A DNA stretch of 63,478 nt, filler included, from Salisapilia sapeloensis CBS 127946 (Eukaryota > Protista > Oomycota), in NCBI GenBank assembly GCA_023334545.1. It is 10 parts of 10 records of this genome, joined end to end, with 100 filler letters (N's around TTAATTAATTAA, not from the genome) between each part and the next. Parts side by side here need not be neighbours in the genome. Positions count along the whole stretch, not along the records: positions 21,535 to 37,704 come from JAADVB010000356.1; positions 37,805 to 40,095 come from JAADVB010000925.1; positions 40,196 to 45,610 come from JAADVB010000618.1; positions 45,711 to 48,636 come from JAADVB010000815.1; 6 more parts are not named here. One strand, written 5' to 3'. A program made the position numbers and the translations under genes. Positions 34,842 through 45,865 of the stretch are shown piece after piece. Positions within the stretch are counted from its first letter, which is position 1; each line of letters begins with the position of its first letter. The notes beneath the pieces are model-generated. The model was given only the letters and a program-made list of their open reading frames with translations. It was not told where the DNA came from and did no database searches.

Positions 34842-37343
34842 ATGTCCCTCACGGAGGAGGAGGAGCGCATTTGCTTCGGCGATCCCGTTTGCTTTCTATG
34901 TGAAGGACAGCTACTAGCTCTCACGCGCCGGTTTAACCTTAGTTACCGCCAAATGGCCCTCATCGGCCTCTCCACGCTCGTCAGCGGCGGCACGCTCGCA
35001 CTCGCTGGCTTCTTCATTTATCATAAAGGTCTCTTCCGAAAGCGGTATGCAGCTCTCTTCTCCGACGCCTTGTACTCGGACGACGTCCATCCAGAGTACG
35101 AGTACGCCAACCACCTAGGGTCGCACGCATACCCGCCGTCACGAACTGGTGCGACGTTACTAGAGGCTGCTCAGTCCGCTGGCACAGACATGTCCTCGTA
35201 CAGTTCCAAAAGTGGGGATTCATCGTCCTTTGCAGTAGACCCAGAAGGCCCAGAGACTCAAGCACGGGAGAAAGCTGGACCGTCGAAAGGAGACGCCGTG
35301 ACCTTTCGCTTCTTCGAGTACGACCCCGAGACCAAGCTCATTAACTTCAATAGCGTAGGAAAGCCTATCACCTACGGCACACCTCTCATCGTTGTTCATG
35401 CATCCACACAGCGTGCCGTCAAATACGTTTCGCACCGAGGAGCAGTGACCATCAGTCGTCCTCGTATCAATTTGAACTTTAAGAAGCAGGTGAATCAGAG
35501 TAGGAAGGCACTGGAAGACACAGTCTACCTCCAGCAGCTAAAAATTAATGCAGCACAGCAGAATGGGGCCGTCACCAGTAGCTTTAATCTTCGTCAGCCA
35601 CGCTCCTTGCAGCACCAACGAGCTGGCTCGGTAGCGTCCTTGGATCTCACGTCACTAGGTAGCGGCTCAAATAGACAAGAGGCGCATCGCTTCCGATCTT
35701 CGACGCTGAACGAGTCTCTCCCGAGGCGATCCACCCCTCCCTTTGGTCGATTCCCACAGCCTGCTCGTGACCAATCCAGTATCCGACAATCGAGTCAAGA
35801 CGAGAGTCCTGGCATCCACTACATATCCAACAACCCGCCTCCACCTCACACGATTTCCAACGACTACGAGTACAGGTACTCGAACATGAGTTCTGGTGGT
35901 AGTGGCGTCCAGCGTCTTCGAGACCTTCCGTCTCGAACGATCTCTGAATCCTACGAGAGCCTCGTGACGGAACTAAACGAGTCGCTTCGGCGTCAACAGG
36001 CAAGGCGAGAGGCGAAGAAGCAGCGTCGAGCAGTCATGAAACAGCTTCCGAACATGTCTTTCGGAGGGAAGAGCGGGTCTTACTTTGTCGCGACACTCCA
36101 GCCCGTCCACCACAGCTGTCGGTCCAGTGGAAACGGACGTAGCTCCAGTGCCAAGCGTCACCTGGTGCATGCCGACTCCAAGCCACCAGACCAGTATGTC
36201 CGGTGGGGGTCACCCATGTCCTTGATCGCAGAGCATAATAATAAGGCGTGTGGTGTCTCTGCTCGAGAACACTACAAGGACAGTCAGCTCTATTTGACGA
36301 CAGACACGTCTCAGTCGACTTTAATTCCGCTAAAGGAAAGTGGGGACTTGCGATGCATGGCAAAAGAGTCTACTCGATACTTGGCGCACATGGAGAAGAG
36401 GCAGGTCCGTCTCACAGTTGGGACGTACAACGTCTGGATGATGCCTCGGAAAGTCAGTGCCTTCACAGGTGTAAGTCCGAAGAAAAATACGCGAGCGAGG
36501 CTGATCGCAGACGTTCTTCCGCCATGTGACGTCTGGGCATTCACCGAATGCTTCGACCATCGCGCGAGGAACTTGCTCGTGGATAAGCTCAAGGCGAATG
36601 GCTACTATTACTTCACACCGACCATCGGACATAAACAGCTCAAGCACGAAAGCATGAAGAAGCTGCTGAATGGAGGTGTGATGGTCGCGAGTAAGTTCCC
36701 CATCGTCAGCGTCCGTATCAAACTCTTTAAAGACCTCTGCGTCGGTGGAGACGCTGTCGCCGATAAAGGAGTATTGTACTGCAAGATCCTCAAGGACGGA
36801 CTCCTCGTCCACGTTTTTGCTACCCACCTGCAGGCCTGGAACGATGGACCGAGTCGGAGCATGCGAAAGGCACAGCTGCAAGCGATTGCGGACTTCAAAA
36901 AGTCTCTTTGCATTGATGCAGATGATGACGCGGTGATCATCGCTGGTGACATGAACGTGGACTTTTGGCTGCACAAGGAGAACAGCGAGTACGACGAGAT
37001 GTTGGATATGCTGGATGCAAACGATCCTTCGATCGCCAGAACTGTCGGCCATGAGCAAGGAGAGAAGAGTCCAGAGAAAGACTTAAAGGCCATGTGTCTC
37101 CACAGCTTTGATCCGAGGCTGAACCCATTGGCAGCAGGCGGATTGAGCTCGGACGGGAGTTTGGAAATGCTTGACTATATCATGTACTCGACCCAACACC
37201 GATTACCGGTGGAAGCCAAGAGCTGGGTGCTGCCGATGCGGTCTGTCACGCCCTGGAACCTGAATTGGCCCGGGAAGAAGAAGCTCGAGTACAACCTGTC
37301 GGACCACTTTCCTGTAGTCAGCTCCTTCCTCTTTGACATGTAA
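34842..37343 (+). CDS. Membrane-anchored neutral sphingomyelinase/phospholipase C-like protein (EEP superfamily)
   Basis: N-terminal TM (MALIGLSTLVSGGTLALAGFFIY). C-terminal EEP motifs TYNV, FTECFD, NGGV..ASKFPI, DKGVLY, ATHLQA, AGDMNVD, LDYI, SDHFPV. Confidence 0.88.
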   Translation: MSLTEEEERICFGDPVCFLCEGQLLALTRRFNLSYRQMALIGLSTLVSGGTLALAGFFIYHKGLFRKRYAALFSDALYSDDVHPEYEYANHLGSHAYPPSRTGATLLEAAQSAGTDMSSYSSKSGDSSSFAVDPEGPETQAREKAGPSKGDAVTFRFFEYDPETKLINFNSVGKPITYGTPLIVVHASTQRAVKYVSHRGAVTISRPRINLNFKKQVNQSRKALEDTVYLQQLKINAAQQNGAVTSSFNLRQPRSLQHQRAGSVASLDLTSLGSGSNRQEAHRFRSSTLNESLPRRSTPPFGRFPQPARDQSSIRQSSQDESPGIHYISNNPPPPHTISNDYEYRYSNMSSGGSGVQRLRDLPSRTISESYESLVTELNESLRRQQARREAKKQRRAVMKQLPNMSFGGKSGSYFVATLQPVHHSCRSSGNGRSSSAKRHLVHADSKPPDQYVRWGSPMSLIAEHNNKACGVSAREHYKDSQLYLTTDTSQSTLIPLKESGDLRCMAKESTRYLAHMEKRQVRLTVGTYNVWMMPRKVSAFTGVSPKKNTRARLIADVLPPCDVWAFTECFDHRARNLLVDKLKANGYYYFTPTIGHKQLKHESMKKLLNGGVMVASKFPIVSVRIKLFKDLCVGGDAVADKGVLYCKILKDGLLVHVFATHLQAWNDGPSRSMRKAQLQAIADFKKSLCIDADDDAVIIAGDMNVDFWLHKENSEYDEMLDMLDANDPSIARTVGHEQGEKSPEKDLKAMCLHSFDPRLNPLAAGGLSSDGSLEMLDYIMYSTQHRLPVEAKSWVLPMRSVTPWNLNWPGKKKLEYNLSDHFPVVSSFLFDM

Positions 37344-37526
37344 TTTTTATTTTATATACATTACTTTTATCTGGGGAATTGTTTTCGAACGTGCTCAATC
37401 GACTGTACATCATCCTCTGCTATCAAATTTTTGCACTTGAAACACGACTGAGCTTCAAAGTAAACGAGTGCGTATCTTCGAAAGATAAACCAGGCATCCA
37501 TTCACTCCTTGAGAGACTCCTAGATG

Positions 37527-37703
37527 CTAACTGTCCATGGCCACGTACACATCTTCCTCTGGAGCTGTCGGCATGGTCGGTCGAGAGTAGGTTATCGTCG
37601 AGGCATTGCGTCGTTGTCCACAGAAGATGGCAGTCAGTTTGCGGGACGCGTAGGCGTTGACCGGAATAAGGACAAGTCCCCCGACGGCCATCAAGATGAT
37701 GGC
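37527..37703 (-). CDS. 3' fragment of a membrane protein, truncated by the contig edge
   Basis: Open frame from the contig edge, AIILMAVGGLVLIPVNAYASRKLTAIFCG...AMDS*. Not in the ORF track because it has no start codon. Confidence 0.5.
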   Translation of the reverse strand, partial: AIILMAVGGLVLIPVNAYASRKLTAIFCGQRRNASTITYSRPTMPTAPEEDVYVAMDS

Positions 37704-37704
37704 T

Positions 37705-37804
37705 NNNNNNNNNNNNNNNNNNNNNNNNNNNNNNNNNNNNNNNNNNNNTTAATTAATTAANNNNNNNNNNNNNNNNNNNNNNNNNNNNNNNNNNNNNNNN
37801 NNNN
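37705..37804. other. Artificial contig spacer
   Basis: N44-TTAATTAATTAA-N44. Confidence 0.99.
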
Positions 37805-38178
37805 TCGGAGTAGCTCACATTTTGCAGAGCAGCTGCCTCATCACCGCACGCGAGGCCGAATAAGAGATCGTCGAAATTGCTGGAGATCGTCCCATTACCG
37901 ACGACGACGCGAGGCATTTGCCAGCCAGCACCTTCGGTGTATGAGCCTTTCACCACGCGTCGGGACGGATTTCTTTCTCGGTACATGGTCACATTGTTGG
38001 ATGACTTGATTGGCTTCCAACGTCTGCGGTCGAGTGCGCGAGGTACACACTTGTCAAATTCTTGGAAATTTCGAAAGGCTTCATGGACGAGTATCATCGC
38101 GATACGTTTGCAGTCATCCTTCTTTGCATCCGAAAGAGAGAAGCCTTCATATGCGTCTGCTGTCCATTGTGTCGTCAT
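37805..38178 (-). CDS. START-like/FYVE family protein, 5' part, copy 1
   Basis: RWKPIKSSNNVTMYRER...MPRVVVGNGTI..FDDLLFG. The family call rests on the fuller paralog on contig J. Confidence 0.7.
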
Positions 38179-38281
38179 GAAAGTAAAGTGAGTACGATCG
38201 TGCTAATTTGGAAATGACACGATGTTATGCTCTTTATTGTTCAGGTGGAGACGATGCGACGGGAAGCAATACTGGCGTGCT
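37805..38281. repeat. Left arm (477 bp) of an inverted duplication
   Basis: Ungapped reverse complement of 39619-40095 with 26 substitutions by hand alignment. Confidence 0.97.
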
Positions 38282-39618
38282 CAGTATTCTGCCTTATGTC
38301 GTGCGTGATCTGCTTGAGCTAGATATTGGAAGGTACCTTATGAAAGCAGAAATATAGTTGAAAGATATAGAGGTCGAATCATGTTCCTATTCTGTAATTT
38401 CTTAAGCAGCACTCGTGCAAATGGTGTCGATGAAATGCAGCAAGATCGGGATACAACTTTCGGAGTATAGCAATCACATATGACGAGGAAACGACTTCGA
38501 CATCGTGCGGGTATTTCATCTTGCTTTACTAACTTGCAAGGGAATAAAAATAAATCCCACTATTTTGAAACTCCTGATAAAGAGTGGGACTTCTGTCAGT
38601 CTGCTGGAAGTTAATTGTAGCTTGCATGATGATACCCCCAAATGACATGAAAATGACAAAGCATGAGCGCTGAGCGATCTTTATACTAAGAACTGACACT
38701 AGATTTCTAGGCGGACAGGCTCTCATTTTTAGCCAAATATAAATGAGTTGTCTTGGCCGTGGTGAAAGCAAAGTCTCAGTACCAGGTGTCAAATCAGAGC
38801 ATCTTGACATGCTGGTGTACAGCCTAATAAAGCACAAACGTATCTTAACCCACAATACCAAACATTTACTTGCGGTGAAAAGGATGTGCTTTTTATATGT
38901 TGATATTGTGTTTGCTTTGGTGTGTCTGAGGTGAAAACAGAATAAACATCGCGCTATGTGCATTGATAGGTAATTGAAATCATTGGTATTTCCACCCTGC
39001 GCTTTTTCGATTATATAACACTAAGCTTTCTGTTGTGCCATCAGTAGATGCAATCCCAGTTTGAAACACCATAAGAGTTGGACCTGCCCTGAAACCAGGT
39101 TTCCATAGGATCCGAAAGGGCTGCATTACCAGTATCCTGGTCTAAAATACCCTTACGTACCCCGTTTAGGCATTTTTCCTAGACTTCATTTTCCTCGGAA
39201 GCTACATAGACGGCTGCAGTCGTAAAAAGATGAGCACAGAGTGATTGGCACGATGCGTATTGTTCACTCGTTATATGGGTCAACTATCTCGAGGGAAATT
39301 CTCAGATAGATAAATGTGTATTTATTTCCCTCGGAGGTTACAAAGACGCCCATGGACGAAGAAGGGGTGGGCAGTAAGTGCCCTCCATGGCATGATATCG
39401 ATTCTTCGTCATGTGTGACCATCACCTTTGTCAATCTGTACGTTGTCTTCATCATTGTCATTCGTCGAAATGCTTTTAGAGCAAATATGGAATCGTAGTT
39501 ATGTAGTCTCCCCATCGCGTACCTCGTCATGTTCAACTAAGCAGGTCGCTTTTCTGTCTGAATTCTGTTACCAAACCTACCAAAGGTCAAGCTGAATGCA
39601 AAATAGGGTGGTAGAGCA

Positions 39619-40095
39619 AGCACGCCAGTATTGCTTCCCGTCGCATCGTCTCCACCTGAACAATAAAGAGCATAACATCGTGTCATTTCCAAATTAGCAC
39701 GATCGTACTCACTTTACTTTCATGACGACACAATGGACAGCAGACGCATATGAAGACTTCTCTCTTTCGGATGCAAAGAAGGATGACTGCAAACGTATCG
39801 CGATGATACTCGTCCATGAAGCTCTCCGACACTATCAAAAGTTTGATCGTTCCGTACCCCGGCAAATGGACAGCCAACGTTGGAAGCCAATCAAGTCATC
39901 CAACAATGTGACCATGTACCGAGAAAGAAATCCGTCCCGACGCGTGGTGAAAGACTCATACACCGAAGGTGCTGGCTGGCAAATGCCTCGCGTCGTCGTC
40001 GGTAATGGGACGATCTCCAGCAATTTCGACGATCTCTTATTCGGCCTCGCGTGCGGTGATGAGGCAGCTGCTCTGCAAAATGTGAGCTACTCCGA
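39619..40095. repeat. Right arm (477 bp) of the inverted duplication
   Basis: Reverse complement of 37805-38281; the terminal 141 nt are identical. Confidence 0.97.
39722..40095 (+). CDS. START-like/FYVE family protein, 5' part, copy 2
   Basis: Paralog of 37805-38178 with the same start context, truncated at the contig edge. Confidence 0.7.
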
Positions 40096-40195
40096 NNNNN
40101 NNNNNNNNNNNNNNNNNNNNNNNNNNNNNNNNNNNNNNNTTAATTAATTAANNNNNNNNNNNNNNNNNNNNNNNNNNNNNNNNNNNNNNNNNNNN
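40096..40195. other. Artificial contig spacer
   Basis: N44-TTAATTAATTAA-N44. Confidence 0.99.
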
Positions 40196-42215
40196 AAACG
40201 ACCTTGCATGTTTTCCGGACGTCGTGCGAAGAAATAGAGCAAACGACAAAGATCGGATGCGTATGCCATATTAAAGGGGTCAGAGATACAACTTTTGCAA
40301 TTGGTGTTACGCAGCTTATCGCTCTAACTCTAAGCACCTTTCCGCACCAACTGTCAGTTCGTTCAAAGCAACTGAAAAGCAGATCCATTTGCTTACTTTC
40401 ATGCATTAAATTGGAGTAATGAGCAAGTTGCGGTTTGAAGAGTAGCTTTTCTGCTTAACTTTATTTTAAGCCACCTCCGGAGGCGACTTGAATGCTAAGC
40501 ATAAGAAAGAGTCGTGCGTAGGAATAAGCACGAGCAAAGCCTCAATTTAAGCACAAATTGTAGTAACTTTGATCCGCTAATAAGCTTAATGATTTTTTGT
40601 ATATAAATGTATATGAATTTGTGGTATATTTCGTTCAGTGATCGCGAATACCAAACATCTGGGGGAGACGTACGCTACAAACCAAACTAGACAGCTGCAT
40701 GAAAAAGATTCGAAGATGTATCTAAGGTGGTTGACATTCTTCCATAAAAGTCATCCAGACGGATTGTAGAATACATTATCGTGCAGCATGCCGCTCACTT
40801 GCCAATGTATTGTCACTGGTAAGATACACTTGGTAGATACGCAGGTTACTAAGTCATCGGTAGCGAAACACATCCAATGCACACTGAGTGTTCCATCCGT
40901 TTGGTCCACTATATGGTCATATGCGCCAGTGCCACATTGAGGTGAGGATTTTGATAATGTATGCTCCCCAGAGATAGTGTACCACGCCTTCTATTTCTTA
41001 ATAAACCATCGGGCGTTTGTAAGAAGTTGCGTTAAGTGCAATTAGAGGACTTGGTTGGGAGGATATGGCGTCGACCTGCAACAAGAAGATTCGCGTGCGA
41101 AGACGGTTATGTTTATGGATGATCCGAACATTATGCCAGGCTTCGTTAAACTGTTCTCACGTAGAAGATAACGATGGACAGGTCCAAAAGGCATAAGAAA
41201 GAGAATTGAAATTATCCCCCGCGCAATTCTGAAGAGTGCATTCGACAAGCCCCTCGAGGGGAGCATACAGAGGGAAGTTATGGGCTTAGAACCGGAGGAG
41301 GAACCGGCAGTGGTAATTCAAGTTGCCATGTAGTTTGCAGACGGTGCCCAAGAATTGTCTGATAAGATATCCGCTATAACAGATGATTTTAGAATCTAAT
41401 GAGATAACGCATTGTCGCATGCTCGCTGACCACGAATGGATTAAATTGACCGGCATCATGTTTCAAAAGTATGAGGCTTAAAAGAGGGTTAACAATTGAT
41501 TTTTAAGTGAGGTACACTGACGTCGAGTTGTCCATTATGTATAAAGCCTGCACAAATACGCTTTAGAATTGAGCAACCCTGCCAGCCAAGCCGTTCTCTC
41601 CCTTCCCTCTAACCCTCTCTCCGTAAGCGTGTGTCCCGGTTAAATTACCAGGATCCGCCCTTGTATGTTCTGACTGACCTGTCTACCATGTCTCTCGAGT
41701 TGCTGAGCCTGCTTACTGGACTTCTATGTACCTCGAGTTGCTGAGCTTGCTGACTGGGTTGCCATCTCTTCCGCGTTGTCGAGCTTGCTAAGTGGGCTGC
41801 CCGGGGCCGCCTTTGCGTGACTTGTTCACGTGATGATCGGGTCTTTAGCCCCGCTGCGTAAGTTGGCATGCTTGCTGCCTAGCCATCAGTCCATGAGATG
41901 ATAGCCATCTTCCGCCATCACCATAATCCTTGCAGGAACCCACATGAGAAATGTCTTTCCTGGGAGTGACACTTTGCTGCTTGCTGTCAATGAAAAAATT
42001 GGAAGTGAGTCTATCATTCAATTTAATTTAGGAACAAACGTTTACTTTTGTAGTTGCTCAAGCGCACAATTTATATTCTTAATGCCCCATAACATGAGCG
42101 AAAGTGAAGGTGCATTGCCGCTTTTCTTAGTCGGCTGACGCCGTTCAAAATAAGCTCTACTTTTGCTGCTATCCCATACAGTCATTTAGTCTGACCGACC
42201 TATAATACCAGCGGT

Positions 42216-43170
42216 ATGCTTTTGCCTAGAGGATGTGGCAGATGCCAATTGCAAACTAGACTCTCGATTCGGTTGGAAAGGTGTCCAGAGGCTTTTCAAA
42301 TCTCTCCTTCTACCAGACGTTGTAATCACACCAGAGCGACATTGCGTAAATGGCACATAAGCACTATGTATCGTTTAAAGTCGCCTAGCCTTTCCAAAAA
42401 GATATCAGGCTAGTATGTACAGATTTGGCCGTTCATCCTCAGCTCAAACACCTATGTTTCTACATGTTATGCCCAATCTCTACAATAAATGGCACAACCT
42501 ACGTTTTGCCTGCTTGGCGTTATTGAGCGGTGCCTCGATATGTATTGCAACCCGGTTGCTACCAGAGGCTCACCGCTGAAGGTTGTGTATGGCTTCATGT
42601 ATGGGACGAAAGTCGCGACGTGCCGACCTGGACCAGCGTTATCGGGCCTTGACTTGCAACGTGTCGTCTATACAGGCCATAAGCGCATGCATTATCTACG
42701 TTATTAAGCTGTCACGATTCCAGGTGAACTGTGCATCCATTTCTGGGGACTGATGGAAGACCGTCGTCACGATGTTCCAATGCTGCAACAGAGCAAGTTA
42801 ATAGAATTTATAGACGGAAACCATGCAGCATTCGATGGACGGTACATTTACGGAGATATAGCTTATGGTGCGACCCATAGAAGTTTTAGCGGCTTTAAAG
42901 GCAATCTCAGTGATAGTAATAATAGTTACATGGCATTATTTAATCATCTTATGAGCTCTGTGGGAAAAGCAGTGGAGTGTACCTTCGTTTAAGCAAAAAG
43001 TTTGAGGAAGTTCATTGATTTTAAAAGGAGCAGAAGAACTTGCATTCTCCAGTAGCGCAGTTCGTTGTCGTTGCTGTCTTTCTCACGAGTTATCATATTT
43101 GCTACGATGATGGAAATCAGACCAATATGTGCTTTGATTTATTACCTTCATCACTAGAGGAGTACCTTAT
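42216..43170 (+). pseudogene. Decayed PIF/Harbinger (DDE_Tnp_4) transposase
   Basis: GSPL..VYGFMYGT (FIDGT Asp lost), QRVVYTGHKRMH, GLMEDRRHD, YIYGDIAY, FNHLMSSV..AVE, GNQ...LEEYL. Contains stops and frameshifts. Confidence 0.88.
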
Positions 43171-43660
43171 TTCCGAGACTGAGCAAGTGCTTTGACAAAG
43201 CTTTTAAACATTGCCATGATTCATTCATGCTCTAAGCGCCTTTTTCTTTCCGTTCCTCATGTTCCGCTTCTCTTTTTCCCGTCACTCCTGACACTGTCGC
43301 TCAGCTCTAGTTGCCTCGCGCCTGCTTCTCTCAGTAAATCCTCTCGTAAAAACGTATCATATGTGATAGTTTGGTCTGATAGATGGCGGCTTCCAATAAT
43401 TGTTCTTTCTCCCCGTACTCCTCTACCACACCCGATGCTTGAAGAGTCACTCGATCACTCTTTTGATGGCGCTCTATTAGCTTATTAAGTATTGCTTGAG
43501 CAGATTTGCTTGTTACTGCCCTAATACCAAACGATGAATCGCTCAATATGCACAGCACAACTCCATCCCAAGCATCTACCGCGCGACCGCGCTGAGCTTC
43601 AAGCGGCAGGCCCGTCAGCGCCTGTCTTAGCGGTATGAGGTCTTCTTCTGGGAAGTTTCT
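43170..43660 (-). pseudogene. Decayed Harbinger-associated Myb/SANT-like DNA-binding ORF
   Basis: KRNFPEEDLIPLRQ...AQRGRAVDAWD, then QASGVVEEYGEKEQLLE, then a frameshifted coiled coil. Convergent with the transposase. Confidence 0.7.
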
Positions 43661-44655
43661 TTTACAGGTGGTACTCGTGGAGCTGATTGCGATATTGTAG
43701 GCAAAGCTGCATCATCTTCCACATTGAGCGGTCGATCCAAAGTGCAGTACGTTGCAACCGGAGCGAATTGAATTTTATGTTGGACGGTTTAATTGATGCC
43801 CGATAAGTGAAATGAAATAAATGCTCATAAAGAATCTTTAGAGCGAAACGTCCATTCTCTAAGTTTTACCTTCGCATTTCTGAGATGAGATGGCTCTAAA
43901 GGTAACGATAAAGCTTGAATTGCGAATTCGCATTGTTGAGGCAATGTTTTTTTTATTTTGCCTGTTCGAAATTATAAGGCGATAATTTTTCAAATTTTAT
44001 TTTAGCTCATGCAATACATATACGTTTACACCAATTGACGAAATCGACAGCGCCTGATGCGCTCATTTGTGTACATTTTATATGAGCTCATTTCCGTGTT
44101 TATATATCGAAGTATTGAGGTTTGAAAAATCCATAGTACGCCACTAGCACCTTCAAAATGACGCAATTTTCTCCACAGCGCTCTAGACGTTCCAGGACTT
44201 TTAGATCTATCGAGAGTTAAGCTATACTTGCTCGCATACAGCATACGATGCTTACAGAAACCACACAGAGTCATAGGACAAGAAAGATTACGAGCATACT
44301 TTATCTAATACATTAATGTCATAAAGACAATAAGGATGTAGAGTTGTAAATACATCTGAGGAAAACAAGGTTGTGTCTGATTACGCTTTATAGTTTTGTG
44401 CAGAGGAAGTAGCATACAAAATTTTGACTAATCCGAAAACCGATCTTTTGACCAACCAGAAGACATATGTTTGATCTTAATTAAAGTATTCCTCCACGTT
44501 CTCCGCAAAACTCGCTTCGTGGGTTCACAAAGTGTTTACTCTACCTACTTTAGCATAAAAAAGAGCGCCTGCTCCATCGCTCCCTTGCGTGGACCACCCG
44601 CGACGACGAGTCGGATGATCTCGAACAAAGGGATGCCAATTTCATCGAGAGTAAA

Positions 44656-45610
44656 ATGTCCAGTGGCGTGAATGATCCGCCCCAAGAGCCGACACCAGAA
44701 GACCAGATTATCAGTACTTTTGTATCAAGTCGTGGTTGCCATGTCTATACGAATACATTCAAGCTGATGGTTGTGGAAAAGTTAAAGACCGGTGCAAGCG
44801 TCATAGTTTTTACTCAGAGGGACAACATGCATCGCCATAGCAGCATTCACGATCTGCTGAAGATGGGAAATGAGCTTTCTAACGCATGCAACACCAAGCA
44901 AAAAAGCAAGGGGAGCATTGGAGGCCAAAGGCGTCGTGGAATGCTTTCGATCCAATGTGGAATCGTACAATGGATCAAGGGCATCCACCACAAAGACTTT
45001 CCATTAAAGCCTGCACACGTCACCCAGGTCTTTAAGGACGCGTATTGCGCATAGACTACGACTCATCTCTTGGTGAGAAAGGAAGAAGTTTTCTTCGTCT
45101 ACTCCAACGCATCCTGTATCGCCCCGGATGCTAGTTACGGCAGCCCACTTGCCTGTTTTTCTTCAAGATCTGCTATAGGAGCAGCTTGGTTTAAAAGGAA
45201 ACATAGCATCTGGAGCCAACAATACGCATCCAGGAATTGCAATCCTAAATGCGGATGAGACAGCGGTTTACTACGCCGACACTTCAGAACTTCTCGTCTC
45301 TGCCAGAGGAGGTTTCAGCAGCGTTCACGACAAGAATCTGTCGTACAGACTTACGGTGCTCACAATTATAGCGGCCGATGATACCAAGCTGAAGCCCCGT
45401 ATCATTTTTGCCGGCAAACCCAGAGGAGCAATACTAGAATTTCTTGCAGCGTATCTAGAATCCGCCGTGTACGCCGTCCAAGAGAACGCATGGATGGATG
45501 CAATGATACGGAAGATGACTGTTATAGAGAAGATGTGGGGAAAAGTTCATGTACAGTGAGAATAGAGGCCCACCTGCACTGTACGTGGAAGACTTGAAGT
45601 CGCATGTCTC
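44656..45610 (+). mobile_element. Decayed pogo/Tigger-like (CENP-B HTH plus DDE_1) transposase
   Basis: YTNTFKLMVVE, IVQWIKG..HKDFPL, NADETAVYY, RLTVLTIIAADDTKLKPRIIFAGKP, VQENAWMD, VEDLKSH. Broken by stops and frameshifts and cut by the contig edge. Confidence 0.85.
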
Positions 45611-45710
45611 NNNNNNNNNNNNNNNNNNNNNNNNNNNNNNNNNNNNNNNNNNNNTTAATTAATTAANNNNNNNNNNNNNNNNNNNNNNNNNNNNNNNNNN
45701 NNNNNNNNNN
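45611..45710. other. Artificial contig spacer
   Basis: N44-TTAATTAATTAA-N44. Confidence 0.99.
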
Positions 45711-45865
45711 AACGCATCATCTTCGTTATATTGGTTTGGTTCATAGAGTAGAGGCTAGGAGACGCTTCGGATGAGGTGCATCGAAAGGAATCCGTAGGCT
45801 CTAGAAAGACATCAAGTCGGAGGAGAGGTGGGAACGAAGACGTGCGGCGGCAGACGGAGCAGCAG

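Larger units (their letters stand above)
42216..43660. mobile_element. Two-gene PIF/Harbinger DNA transposon remnant
   Basis: Tail-to-tail transposase plus Myb-like ORF, the canonical Harbinger gene pair. No TIRs found. Confidence 0.8.

Noticed and set aside
40740-41270. Possible LINE reverse transcriptase remnant (CFATDDL, LFLMPFGPVHRYL)
   Set aside because: Only two vague motif resemblances in separate short frames; not enough to call.
41694-41800. CTCGAGTTGCTGAGC repeated at 38-nt spacing, as a possible CRISPR-like array
   Set aside because: Two full copies and one partial, with similar rather than unique spacers, in a eukaryotic context. It is a degenerate minisatellite.
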